DNA of 64,000 nucleotides from Candidatus Moranbacteria bacterium CG06_land_8_20_14_3_00_40_12. GTDB lineage: Bacteria; Patescibacteriota; Minisyncoccia; Moranbacterales; UBA2206. This document shows, piece after piece, positions 20,992-30,570 of this stretch; within the stretch, counting starts at the first letter, position 1; the number at the start of each line of letters is the position of its first letter. Below the pieces are notes generated by a model that searched no databases, had not been told where the DNA came from, and worked only from the letters and a program-made list of their open reading frames with translations. The position numbers and the translations under genes were made by a program. The DNA is taken from positions 8,754 through 72,753 of the forward strand of contig PEVT01000048.1 of the NCBI GenBank assembly GCA_002780175.1. The letters run 5' to 3'.

Positions 20992-23900
20992 ATGACAAAA
21001 ATCACCGAATCAAATATTGAAGAAATAGCCATTGAATTCTTGGAAGCGCAAGGCTATCAATATCTTTCACCTGAAGGGCAAGAAACGGAAAGAGAAAATT
21101 TAAGTGAGGTTGTTTTAAAAAAGCGCTTGAAAGATGCGATCAATCGGATTAATCCATACAAGCCGGAAGTTGTGCGCGAGCAAGCTTTCAAGGCAGTTTT
21201 TAATTTGGTTTCGCAGAATTTAATTGAAAGCAATGAAGAATTTCATCGGATGCTGACGGACGGAATTGACACCGAATTTTTAGCAGCGGATGGCATACGG
21301 GGAAATAAAGTTTGGCTGATTGACTTTGAGAATATCGAAAATAATGATTTCGTGGTTTGCAATCAATTTACGGTTAAGGAAAAAGAAGCGACGAAAAGAC
21401 CCGATCTTGTTTTGTTTGTGAATGGTTTGCCTTTGGTCGTGATTGAACTCAAAAATCCGGCGGATGAAAATGCGACGGTCAAAAAGGCTTTTATGCAACT
21501 CCAAAATTACAAAAATTTAATTCTGGCGCTTTTTAATTACAATGCGATTTTAGCGGCTTCGGACGGGTTGGATGCTAAAGCCGGATCGCTCACGGCCGGA
21601 TGGTCGAGATTTGCCGTTTGGAAAAATTCGGAAAATAAAAAGGAGGATAAAAAAACCGTTCCGCAATTGGAAACTTTAATAAAAGGGATGCTTCGTCCGA
21701 AAATTTTGCTTGATTTGATAAAACATTTTACCGTTTTTGAAAAAGCCAAAAAAAAAGATTCGGAGACGGGACAAGTTTTTGTGGAAACCGTGAAAAAAAT
21801 CGCGGCTTATCATCAATTTTACGCGGTGCAAAAAGCGGTTGAGTCAACGGAAAAAGCGGCGAGTGAGAATGGAGACCGGAGGTGCGGAGTAGTTTGGCAC
21901 ACGCAAGGATCCGGCAAATCATTGTCGATGGTTTTTTACGCTGGAAAGATTATTCAGAAACTGAATAATCTGACCATCTTAATAATTACGGATCGAAACG
22001 ATTTGGACGATCAGCTTTTTGATACTTTTGCGTCGTGCAAACAAATTTTGCGCCAGGACCCGGTGCAAGTTGAAAATAGAAATGATCTCAAGAAAAAATT
22101 AAAAGTTGCCGGAGGCGGAATTGTTTTTTCAACCATCCAAAAATTTATGCCCGAAGATGGAGGAGAAACTTTTGATTTATTATCTGACAGAAAAAATATA
22201 ATTGTGATCGCGGATGAAGCGCACCGGAGCCAGTATGGATTTAAGGGAAAAATTACATTTGCCGGCGGAGGCGCGCAACTCAAATACGGTTTTGCCAAAT
22301 ATGTGCGCGATGCTTTGCCAAACGCTTCTTTTATCGGATTTACCGGAACGCCAATTGAAACAACGGACAAATCCACGCCGGCGGTGTTTGGCGACTACAT
22401 CGATGTTTATGATATTCAGCAGGCAGTCAAAGATGGAGCGACCGTGCCGATTTATTATGAAAATCGGTTGGTAAAAGTGCATCTCAAAGAAGAAGATAGA
22501 AAAGAATTAGATGAAGTCGTAGATCAGATGACGGAAAAAGATGAACCGGTAGAAGCGGACAAGGCAAAAGCGAAATGGGCCAGAATTGAAGCGATTGTCG
22601 GCCAGCAGGAACGCTTGAAAGCAGTGGCGAATGATATTGTGGAACATTATGAAAAACGCAGCGAAGCGGTTGAAGGGAAAGCGATGATTGTGACGATGAG
22701 CCGCCGTATTGCCGTAGCTTTATGTAATGAAATTATAAAATTAAGACCAACATGGCAGAATCGCGCATTGGACAAAGGAACGATTAAAGTGGTAATGACA
22801 ACGACTATGACTGACCCGGCGGATTGGCAGGCGCATTGCACCACCAAAGAACAACGGCGAAAATTAGCGGACAGATTTAAGGATCCGAGTGATTCGCTTA
22901 AATTAGTGATTGTTCGGGATATGTGGCTGACCGGTTTTGACGCGCCTTGCGCGAAAGTAATGTATGTGGACAAGCTGATGCGCGGACATAATTTAATGCA
23001 AGCGATTGCCAGAGTGAATCGAGTTTATAAAGATATTAGAGGCGGTTTAATTGTTGATTATATTGGAATAGCGCGGGATTTGAAAAAAGCTCTGGCTGTT
23101 TATACGGAAAGTGGCGGGCAAGGAATTCCGACGCTAAATCTTTCTGAAGCCGCATCGACTATGCAGGAAAAATTTGAAATTATTGAGGAGATGTTTTCTG
23201 ATTTTAAATATAAAGATTATTTTTCAGCCGATATAAATCGAAAGATGCAACTCCTGCTTGAGGCGCAAGAGCATGTTCTTCAATTGCCTGATGGGAAGAA
23301 ACGATTCATTGAACACATTGAAACATTAATGCGATCTTATGCGCTGGTAGCGCCACGGCCGGAAGCAATGGCAATAAAAGAAGCGCTGGCCTTCTTTCAG
23401 GCTGTGAAAGTGCGGCTGGTTAAATTTGAATCTGCTGGCGGAAAGGGACGCGATTCGGAAGAAATTGAAACGGCGATTCGCCAGATTGTGGATAAAGCAT
23501 TAGCTTCAGAAGGCGTCATTGATATTTTCAGCGCGGCCGGAATCAAGAAACCCGATGTTTCTATTTTGTCCGAAGAATTTTTGGCCGAAGTAAGAGGAAT
23601 GGATCGCAAAAATCTGGCATTGGAACTCATGAAGAAGTTATTGAATAACGAAATTGATAGTATCAAAAGCAAGAATATAGTTTTGGGAAGAAAATTTTCA
23701 GAAATGCTGGACGATGTTTTAAAGCGCTACCAATCCAATATTTTAACTGCGGCAGAAATTATTGAAGAAATGATCGGTATGGCTCGAGAAATTCGAGGAG
23801 AAGGCGATCGAAAGAAAAAACTGGGTTTGGTAACGGATTACGAAGTGGCTTTTTATGATGCTCTGACTAACAACGCAAGCGCAAAAGAAGTTTTGAGTCA

Positions 23901-24117
23901 TGAAGTTTTGCGAGAGCTGGCTTGCGTTCTGGTAGACAAGGTAAAGGAAAATACATCTATCGATTGGACAATTAGAGAAAGCGCGCGGGCGAAATTGCGG
24001 GTAATGATTAAGCGGACATTGAATAAATTCGGTTATCCGCCTGATATGCAAAAATTGGCGACAGATTTGATTTTAAAACAAGCAGAATTATTCGCTGATG
24101 ATACTCTCAAAAATTAA
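20992..24117 (+). CDS. hsdR: Type I R-M restriction subunit HsdR (SF2 helicase/PD-(D/E)xK nuclease)
   Basis: N-terminal nuclease motif (FVNGLPLVVIELK), helicase motifs I (TQGSGKS) and II (VIADEAHRSQ), and a C-terminal HsdR domain. 1041 aa. Confidence 0.9.
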   Translation: MTKITESNIEEIAIEFLEAQGYQYLSPEGQETERENLSEVVLKKRLKDAINRINPYKPEVVREQAFKAVFNLVSQNLIESNEEFHRMLTDGIDTEFLAADGIRGNKVWLIDFENIENNDFVVCNQFTVKEKEATKRPDLVLFVNGLPLVVIELKNPADENATVKKAFMQLQNYKNLILALFNYNAILAASDGLDAKAGSLTAGWSRFAVWKNSENKKEDKKTVPQLETLIKGMLRPKILLDLIKHFTVFEKAKKKDSETGQVFVETVKKIAAYHQFYAVQKAVESTEKAASENGDRRCGVVWHTQGSGKSLSMVFYAGKIIQKLNNLTILIITDRNDLDDQLFDTFASCKQILRQDPVQVENRNDLKKKLKVAGGGIVFSTIQKFMPEDGGETFDLLSDRKNIIVIADEAHRSQYGFKGKITFAGGGAQLKYGFAKYVRDALPNASFIGFTGTPIETTDKSTPAVFGDYIDVYDIQQAVKDGATVPIYYENRLVKVHLKEEDRKELDEVVDQMTEKDEPVEADKAKAKWARIEAIVGQQERLKAVANDIVEHYEKRSEAVEGKAMIVTMSRRIAVALCNEIIKLRPTWQNRALDKGTIKVVMTTTMTDPADWQAHCTTKEQRRKLADRFKDPSDSLKLVIVRDMWLTGFDAPCAKVMYVDKLMRGHNLMQAIARVNRVYKDIRGGLIVDYIGIARDLKKALAVYTESGGQGIPTLNLSEAASTMQEKFEIIEEMFSDFKYKDYFSADINRKMQLLLEAQEHVLQLPDGKKRFIEHIETLMRSYALVAPRPEAMAIKEALAFFQAVKVRLVKFESAGGKGRDSEEIETAIRQIVDKALASEGVIDIFSAAGIKKPDVSILSEEFLAEVRGMDRKNLALELMKKLLNNEIDSIKSKNIVLGRKFSEMLDDVLKRYQSNILTAAEIIEEMIGMAREIRGEGDRKKKLGLVTDYEVAFYDALTNNASAKEVLSHEVLRELACVLVDKVKENTSIDWTIRESARAKLRVMIKRTLNKFGYPPDMQKLATDLILKQAELFADDTLKN

Positions 24118-24287
24118 TTACATACCGAATTACGTAATAAAAGCATGCGAAAAGCGTACTGCGAATACGCCCATGCGAATAAAATTTTATGGCTAAACGT
24201 GTCATTTACCCACGGCCGTATCCAGATGACATGGTAATTGGCATTTGCAAATCAAGCGATAATATGGCATTATTAAGTTAGAAAAAT

Positions 24288-24782
24288 ATGCCTTTACACG
24301 CGGAAAAATATAAACAAGTCATCCTTTATCTCTGCTCGCAGTTAGGCAAAGAAGTGCGAGGGAAGAAAAAATTGGCGAAATTGCTTTATTTCGTTGATTT
24401 TGATTTTTTTGAAAAGTATCAGAAATATTTTACCGGCGATAAATACAAGGCTTTGCCGATGGGACCGGTTCCCGTCTCTTTAAATGCGATAACAAGGGAA
24501 ATGAAAAAAGAAAAAGCATTGAAAATTGAATCAGTCAATGAACATAATGGATACAATGCAACCGAAGTTTATACCTGTCTGAAAGAACCGAAAACTGCTG
24601 TTTTTTCCAAGGAAGAAAAAGAAATGCTGGATAGGGTAATTAAGAAATATGGAAGCCTCAACGGGAAACAACTTGAAGATCTGACTCACGCGGAAGCGCC
24701 TTATTCCGGGACAAAACCAAGCGAGGAGATATTTTACGAATTGGCATTTTATCGAGGAACGGATTTTAAAAATAATGATTGA
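24288..24782 (+). CDS. Panacea-domain (DUF4065, SocA/GepA-like) putative antitoxin
   Basis: KKLAKLLYFVDFDFFEKYQKYFTGDKYKALPMGPVPVSL matches the KLQKLLYF.../GPV signature of DUF4065. Confidence 0.6.
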   Translation: MPLHAEKYKQVILYLCSQLGKEVRGKKKLAKLLYFVDFDFFEKYQKYFTGDKYKALPMGPVPVSLNAITREMKKEKALKIESVNEHNGYNATEVYTCLKEPKTAVFSKEEKEMLDRVIKKYGSLNGKQLEDLTHAEAPYSGTKPSEEIFYELAFYRGTDFKNND

Positions 24783-25137
24783 GTTTATTTACCATCCTGC
24801 ATTTGAAAAAGAAACTGCCAAATTAACGCGGCGGTTTTCTTTTTTAGATAAGGCGCTGGAGGCATTTAAAATGTTGTGCGAGTTTCAATTTCACCCTTTA
24901 AATCCTCAACAAAGAATTGCTCCCGCAAAATTGCATAGAGTCACACAAAATGATTTGTGGAGTATTTGGAAGATTGAGCTTTCCGTTCCAAATGTCAGAC
25001 CTAATCAATCTCCCAGAGTTTGGTTTGCCGTAAAGGGTTTAAATATTGCATTTTTATGTATAGCCTCGCACGTTGATAATTACAGCGATAACCAGATGAA
25101 TCAAGTGGCGACAGGAAGAGTTTCAGATATTTTCTAA
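24775..25137 (+). CDS. Candidate toxin partner of the Panacea antitoxin (RelE/HigB-like fold suspected)
   Basis: Overlaps the upstream gene by 8 nt. The core KLHRVTQNDLWSIWKIEL...RVWFAVKGLNIAFLCIASH resembles the RelE/HigB beta-core. This is tentative. Confidence 0.4.
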   Translation: MIEFIYHPAFEKETAKLTRRFSFLDKALEAFKMLCEFQFHPLNPQQRIAPAKLHRVTQNDLWSIWKIELSVPNVRPNQSPRVWFAVKGLNIAFLCIASHVDNYSDNQMNQVATGRVSDIF

Positions 25138-25181
25138 ATTTTTTAATTAACGCATTTTTCAACTACTTTTTATGTCATTTG

Positions 25182-25206
25182 ATGGCTTTATATAGCCATT
25201 TTTTTG
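25182..25206 (+). terminator. Rho-independent terminator (ATGGCT-TTATAT-AGCCAT-TTTTTTT)
   Basis: 6-bp stem plus a 7-T run, seen directly after the TA pair. Confidence 0.6.
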
Positions 25207-25218
25207 CATAAAAAAGTG

Positions 25219-25246
25219 TTGCAATTTTTGACCATTTGTGTATAAT
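25219..25246 (+). promoter_or_regulatory. Sigma70-like promoter TTGCAA-16-TATAAT
   Basis: The -35 TTGCAA (25219-25224), a 16-nt spacer and the -10 TATAAT (25241-25246). It sits 48 nt upstream of the 25294 ORF. Confidence 0.5.
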
Positions 25247-25293
25247 AGAAGGGTATAAGAGAAAAATAAAAAATTACTAAAATTAGACCTACT

Positions 25294-25665
25294 ATGACTT
25301 TAAGATTCTATCTTTGGGTTGTTAAAATAGTGACCCTTTTTTCTTTTAGCGCCCTGATTCTGGTGATTTATTTTATCGATCCGGAAAAAACCGGCCGGGC
25401 CGGTAAAATTATTTTTTATCTCGTTCTTTTTTTCGCTTTAAGCGGTTTGTTGAATTTGATTTTAACTAAGTTAAGAAAGATTTGGGGGGGAGAAAAGGCG
25501 GTAATTTTAAACATCAGTTTAAGTTCCCGCCAAAGCGTACTACTTTCCGTAATTCTGATTGGCCTTTTAATTTTGCAAAGCTCGCGGATTTTAGTTTGGT
25601 GGACGGGATTGCTCCTGATCGCCGGCGTTTTTCTAATAGAATTATATTTTTTAGATAAAAAATAA
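25294..25665 (+). CDS. Small multi-pass membrane protein
   Basis: Four hydrophobic segments. 123 aa. Confidence 0.35.
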   Translation: MTLRFYLWVVKIVTLFSFSALILVIYFIDPEKTGRAGKIIFYLVLFFALSGLLNLILTKLRKIWGGEKAVILNISLSSRQSVLLSVILIGLLILQSSRILVWWTGLLLIAGVFLIELYFLDKK

Positions 25666-25801
25666 TCCGAAAGAAAATCTCGATGTCATTGCAATTTAAT
25701 TTGTATTAGTTTAAAATTAATAACTCATGCTTACCCTGAAAATTTTCTGTGAAATATGACTAAAATCGTTTAAATTACGGCGGTATTAAATAAAAACTAT
25801 T

Positions 25802-27859
25802 ATGAAGAAAAAAAAGAAAATCGTGAAAAATTTAAAAGATTCTGAATATTCAGCTAAATCCATCCAGGTTTTGGAAGGCTTGGAACCGGTGCGCAAGCGC
25901 CCCGGAATGTATATCGGAGGAACCTCTTTGGAAGGTTTGCATCACTTAGTTTGGGAAGTAATCAATAATTGCGTTGATGAAGCCATGGCGGGTTATTGTA
26001 AAAATATTAGAATTTTTTTATTACCTGACAATGTGGTGGAAATTTCCGATGACGGGCGGGGAATTCCGGTGGAAAAACATCCGCAAACTAAAAAATCAAC
26101 TCTGGAAACAGTGTTGACGATTTTACACGCGGGTGGAAAATTTGGCGGCGGAGGCTACAAAATATCCGGAGGCCTGCACGGAGTGGGAGTATCGGTAGTT
26201 AACGCGTTAAGTGTTTGGCTGAAGGCGGAAGTCAGAAGGGATGGAAAAATTTACAGCATGGAATTTACCAGAGGCAAGTCCAAATCGAAAGATCCTAAAA
26301 TTGAAGGCAAAGCCCCAAATGCCGGAACCATTATTTCTTTTCAAGCTGATCCCCAAATTTTTCCCGAGATAAATTATAACTGGGAAAAAATCTTAAGTTA
26401 TGTCAGGCAACAGGCTTATTTAACTAAAGGCGTAAGCATCAAAGTTTTTGATAAAAGAAAAAAGCAGGAGGAAAAATCTTTCGGTTTTCTTTTTGACGGA
26501 GGACTAATCTCTTACATTAAATTTATTAACCGCGGCAAAGAAGTTAAGAATGAAACCCCTTTTTATATTGAAAAGGAAACGCAAGATTCCGTGGTGGAAG
26601 TGGCTTTGCAATATACCGATGGTTATAAGGAGCATGTTTTCTCTTTCGCGAATAATATTTTTACCTCCGAAGGCGGCACGCATGAAATCGGATTTCGCAT
26701 GGCTCTTACCCGGGTTATCAACGCTTACGCCAGAAAAAACAATATATTAAAAGAGAAAGAAGAAAATTTTATTTCCGAGGATTTGCAGGAAGGGCTTTCG
26801 GCGATCATTAGCGTTAAACTTAAAAATCCTCAATTTGAAGGCCAAACTAAAGCCAAATTGGGAAATAGCGAGATGAAAGGCCTTGTTTCCAGCATAACCG
26901 CCGAAGCCTTGGCGGAATTTTTGGAAAGTCATCCAATCGATGCTAAAAATATTTTGGCTAAATGTTTCTTAACGGCTAAAAGTCGAATTGCCGCCCGGGC
27001 GGCTAAAGACGCGGTTATTCGCAAGGGCGCCCTGGAGGGGATGACTCTCCCGGGAAAATTGGCGGATTGTTCTTCCAATGATCCCGCGGAGTCGGAGATA
27101 TACATTGTTGAGGGCGATTCTGCCGGTGGTAGCGCTAAACAGGGGAGAAACAGAAAATTTCAAGCCATTTTGCCTTTAAGAGGCAAGCTGGTCAATGTGG
27201 AAAAAACTACTTTGGATAAGGTGGTCAAATCCGATACCTTAAAACCCATAATTATCGCGCTGGGCGCCGGCATCGGAGATAGTTTTGATTTTTCCAAATT
27301 GCGTTATCACCGGATTATTATCATGGCGGACGCGGACGTGGACGGATCGCATATCCGGACATTGCTTTTAACTTTCTTTTACCGCTATTTTGAGGAATTA
27401 ATTGAAAAAGGCTTGATTTATATCGCTCAACCGCCCTTATATCGAATTCAGAAAAACAAGGAAGTTAATTATATTTACTCGGAAGAAGAGAAAAACATAA
27501 TGATAAAAGAAATGACAAATGACAAATTTCCAATGACAAATAAAATCCAAAATTCAAAATCCAAAAAAAGTGAAAATAAAAATGGGGAAGAAATTGTTAT
27601 GGAAACCGATGCGGAAGAAAGTGAAGAAAAAAAGATTGCGGGAATAAATATCCAGCGCTATAAGGGTTTGGGAGAAATGAATCCGGAACAACTTTGGGAA
27701 ACGACCATGGATCCGGAAAAAAGAATGATGCGGCGCATTACCATAGAAGACGCTGAAAAAGCCGATCGAATTTTTGATATTCTGATGGGAAATGAGGTGG
27801 AGCCCAGAAGAAGGTTTATTCAAACTCACGCCAAAGCCGTGTCCAATCTGGATATCTAG
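25802..27859 (+). CDS. gyrB: DNA gyrase / type II topoisomerase subunit B (GyrB/ParE family)
   Basis: GHKL ATPase N-terminus, TOPRIM motif EGDSAGGSAKQGR, and DxDxDG (MADADVDGSHI). A low-complexity insert lies near residue 560. 685 aa. Confidence 0.8.
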   Translation: MKKKKKIVKNLKDSEYSAKSIQVLEGLEPVRKRPGMYIGGTSLEGLHHLVWEVINNCVDEAMAGYCKNIRIFLLPDNVVEISDDGRGIPVEKHPQTKKSTLETVLTILHAGGKFGGGGYKISGGLHGVGVSVVNALSVWLKAEVRRDGKIYSMEFTRGKSKSKDPKIEGKAPNAGTIISFQADPQIFPEINYNWEKILSYVRQQAYLTKGVSIKVFDKRKKQEEKSFGFLFDGGLISYIKFINRGKEVKNETPFYIEKETQDSVVEVALQYTDGYKEHVFSFANNIFTSEGGTHEIGFRMALTRVINAYARKNNILKEKEENFISEDLQEGLSAIISVKLKNPQFEGQTKAKLGNSEMKGLVSSITAEALAEFLESHPIDAKNILAKCFLTAKSRIAARAAKDAVIRKGALEGMTLPGKLADCSSNDPAESEIYIVEGDSAGGSAKQGRNRKFQAILPLRGKLVNVEKTTLDKVVKSDTLKPIIIALGAGIGDSFDFSKLRYHRIIIMADADVDGSHIRTLLLTFFYRYFEELIEKGLIYIAQPPLYRIQKNKEVNYIYSEEEKNIMIKEMTNDKFPMTNKIQNSKSKKSENKNGEEIVMETDAEESEEKKIAGINIQRYKGLGEMNPEQLWETTMDPEKRMMRRITIEDAEKADRIFDILMGNEVEPRRRFIQTHAKAVSNLDI

Positions 27860-27974
27860 GGCTTCAAGGGCATTTTGGAAAAACTTGCTTTTATTTTTAA
27901 AATAAACTATACTTTTCAAAGTAGCAAAGTAGTAAGGAGGAGCTTGATTCAATTAATTTAATAGCGAAAACAAT

Positions 27975-30482
27975 ATGGATAACAACAATTGGACGCCAGT
28001 AAAAAAGTTTTCCAGCCCCGATATCAATCTGGCTGCGAAAAATACGCCACCGGAAAAACCGGAATTTAAATCTTCCGATTCAGGAAAATTGATAAAATTG
28101 TTTGATTTTTTAATAACATTCAGTCTGGGCGCTTTGTTTTTTGGTCTGCCTCTTTTCTTTTCGGGTATGACTTTTCAAGGGTTGGCTTTCGACAAACAAA
28201 TGTATTTTTATTTTTGGATTATTCTGGCTTTGGTTTTTTGGACTGTCAAAGGAGTCATCTTAGGGGAAATGAAAGTTCGCCGGACTCCTTTAGATATACC
28301 GATTGCCATTTTTCTTTTTATCTACGCTTTAGCTACCTTTTTTTCCGTTGATCGCTGGCACAGTTTCTGGGGATTTTTTGGCGATCCTTCCAGAGGCCTG
28401 GTAAACATGCTGGCTTTAGCCGTTGCTTATTATTTGATGTTTAGCCATTTAAATTCCAGGAAATTCAATTGGATGATTGGATCTTTGATTGTTTCCGGTT
28501 TTCTGGTTTCACTCTGGTCTTTCCTGGGAATTTTAGGCATAAAATTTTTACCGGCAACTTTAGCCCAAATAGCTCCTTTAAGCCTGATGGGATCCACGAC
28601 CGGTTTGAGTATTTTTTTAAGTTTACTGATTCCGTTAATCATGTCAGCCATTTTTAAACTTACGGAGATAACCCCCGACTGGAGAAGGAACGGAAGCATA
28701 GTTTTTTTAATCCTGGCTTTATTTTTGAATTTCCTGGTTTTATTTTCTGTTTATGCCTTTGTGCCCTGGCTGGGAATTTTAGTTGGCGTAAGCTTCTTTC
28801 TGGTTTATGTTTTAGCTCGCATTATCAGGCCCATTGGCGGCTGGACTTGGGTTCCGATGATAGGTTTTACTTTGATTTTGGCTATTTTAATGATTGGCAA
28901 TGTAAAAATTGCCAATATAGAAATGCCTGTCGAAGTTAATCCAGCTCCGGGACTTTCCTTTCAAATAGTTAAAGACAGTCTCAAAGAGAAGCTTGTTTTA
29001 GGATCAGGTCCGGGTAATTTTGCTTATGCTTTTTCTTTGCACAAGCCTCAAGATTTTAATCTGGAAGCTTTGTATAATCTGCGATTTTATCAAGGTTCCG
29101 GAATCATCTTTGAATCTCTGCCGACTATCGGAGTCTTGGGAACCATCAGCCTGGTTTTGATTATCTTGACTTTTTTGGGAGTGGAAATTTATCTTTTGAC
29201 TAAAGAAAAAGAAAAAAATAAGATTTTTTCTTTGGGCACCGCGGCCGCCTCGCTGATTTTTCTGGTAAATGCCGCCACTTTCCGGATAGAAGGTCCGATT
29301 TTTTTGCTGGGAGTTTTACTTGCCACGCTGGGACTGATTATCTTATACAAAGAAAGCGAATCCGAGGAAAAATATTTAAATCTTTCTCTTAAAGCTTCTC
29401 CAAAATTCGCTCTGACTCTGGCTTTTATCTTTATGGTGGTTATTTCCGGCGTTGTTTTTGTCTTCGTCTTTTTAGGCAGAGTGTTCGTGGCTGATGTCCA
29501 GGCGGGATTGGCAGTGAAAAAGAGTCAAATTTCAGAAAAAGATTCCGTGGCTAAAATCCTTAAAGCCATTAATCTGAATAAAAGAGAAGGAAGATATTTT
29601 TCCCGTCTGGCTCAAGATTATATGTTTCTGGCCAATCAGGAAGTGGCCAAGGGAGAAAGCGACCGGGATCTGAATAAAATTACCGAATATCTGAATTTTT
29701 CTATTTCTTCGGCTAAAATCGGCCGGGATTTAATGAGCAAAGACGTCACGGCCAATGAAGTGCTGGCTCAAATTTATGAAAATGCCGGAGTCTATGTGGG
29801 AGATTCGTTGGCTTTAGCCGAGGAAAGTTATCAAAAAACAGCCGAGCTGGATCCGCATAATCCGAATTTTTATCTGAAACTGGGGCAAATAAAGATAAAT
29901 TTGATTGCCACTAAAAAAGATGAGGCGGAAAAGAAAAAATTAGTGGAAGAAGCCAGAGACTTGTTTCAAAAAGCCATCAATGAAAAAAATAATTTTGACC
30001 CCGGCTATTATAACATGGCTTTAGCGGAGGAAGCTCTGGAAAATTTAGACGGAGCGATAGAAAATGTTAAAAAAGCGCTGGCAATCAAACAGGGAGATCT
30101 TAATTACGCTTTTTACCTGGGCAGATTATATCAAAATAGAGGAAAAGACGAGGACAATAAAATGGCCGAGGATATTTTCAAAGCCATCTTGAATGTTGAT
30201 AAAAATCAAATCAATGTTAGTTTCAATTTAGGCATGCTTTATGAAAAGCAAAACAAAAACAAGGAAGCCATAAGCGAATACGAAAATGTTCTGGCGATAT
30301 TTCCGGATACAAAAGACAACAAAGATACCCGGGCGAGAATCCAAAAAATGATCAGCAATATCAAAAATGGGATTGAAAATACGGCGGAAAATCTGAAAAT
30401 CGACACTGGCGAGACTGGCTCGTCTCCGGAAAACCAGCCGATAGAAAGCAGCGAGCCGGTACCGCCAACGCCAGCTAATTAG
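27975..30482 (+). CDS. Polytopic membrane protein with O-antigen-ligase/Wzy-like domain fused to C-terminal TPR repeats
   Basis: About 12 TM helices in the N-terminal 480 aa. The C-terminal 300 aa hold TPR-like repeats (AFYLGRLYQNRGKDEDNKMAEDIF; VSFNLGMLYEKQNKNKEAISEYENVL). Confidence 0.55.
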   Translation: MDNNNWTPVKKFSSPDINLAAKNTPPEKPEFKSSDSGKLIKLFDFLITFSLGALFFGLPLFFSGMTFQGLAFDKQMYFYFWIILALVFWTVKGVILGEMKVRRTPLDIPIAIFLFIYALATFFSVDRWHSFWGFFGDPSRGLVNMLALAVAYYLMFSHLNSRKFNWMIGSLIVSGFLVSLWSFLGILGIKFLPATLAQIAPLSLMGSTTGLSIFLSLLIPLIMSAIFKLTEITPDWRRNGSIVFLILALFLNFLVLFSVYAFVPWLGILVGVSFFLVYVLARIIRPIGGWTWVPMIGFTLILAILMIGNVKIANIEMPVEVNPAPGLSFQIVKDSLKEKLVLGSGPGNFAYAFSLHKPQDFNLEALYNLRFYQGSGIIFESLPTIGVLGTISLVLIILTFLGVEIYLLTKEKEKNKIFSLGTAAASLIFLVNAATFRIEGPIFLLGVLLATLGLIILYKESESEEKYLNLSLKASPKFALTLAFIFMVVISGVVFVFVFLGRVFVADVQAGLAVKKSQISEKDSVAKILKAINLNKREGRYFSRLAQDYMFLANQEVAKGESDRDLNKITEYLNFSISSAKIGRDLMSKDVTANEVLAQIYENAGVYVGDSLALAEESYQKTAELDPHNPNFYLKLGQIKINLIATKKDEAEKKKLVEEARDLFQKAINEKNNFDPGYYNMALAEEALENLDGAIENVKKALAIKQGDLNYAFYLGRLYQNRGKDEDNKMAEDIFKAILNVDKNQINVSFNLGMLYEKQNKNKEAISEYENVLAIFPDTKDNKDTRARIQKMISNIKNGIENTAENLKIDTGETGSSPENQPIESSEPVPPTPAN

Positions 30483-30570
30483 ATGCCGGTAATATATAAA
30501 AAGTCTGTTGCCAACAATAAAAAATTCTGGGTTTTAATTGAGAATAAAAATAGAAAGAGGAGGTGATAAA

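Noticed and set aside
30538-30570. Longer N-terminus (MRIKIERGGDK) for the MscS-like membrane protein
   Set aside because: The AGGAGG RBS is positioned for the ATG at 30571. The upstream ATG would place the RBS inside the coding region.
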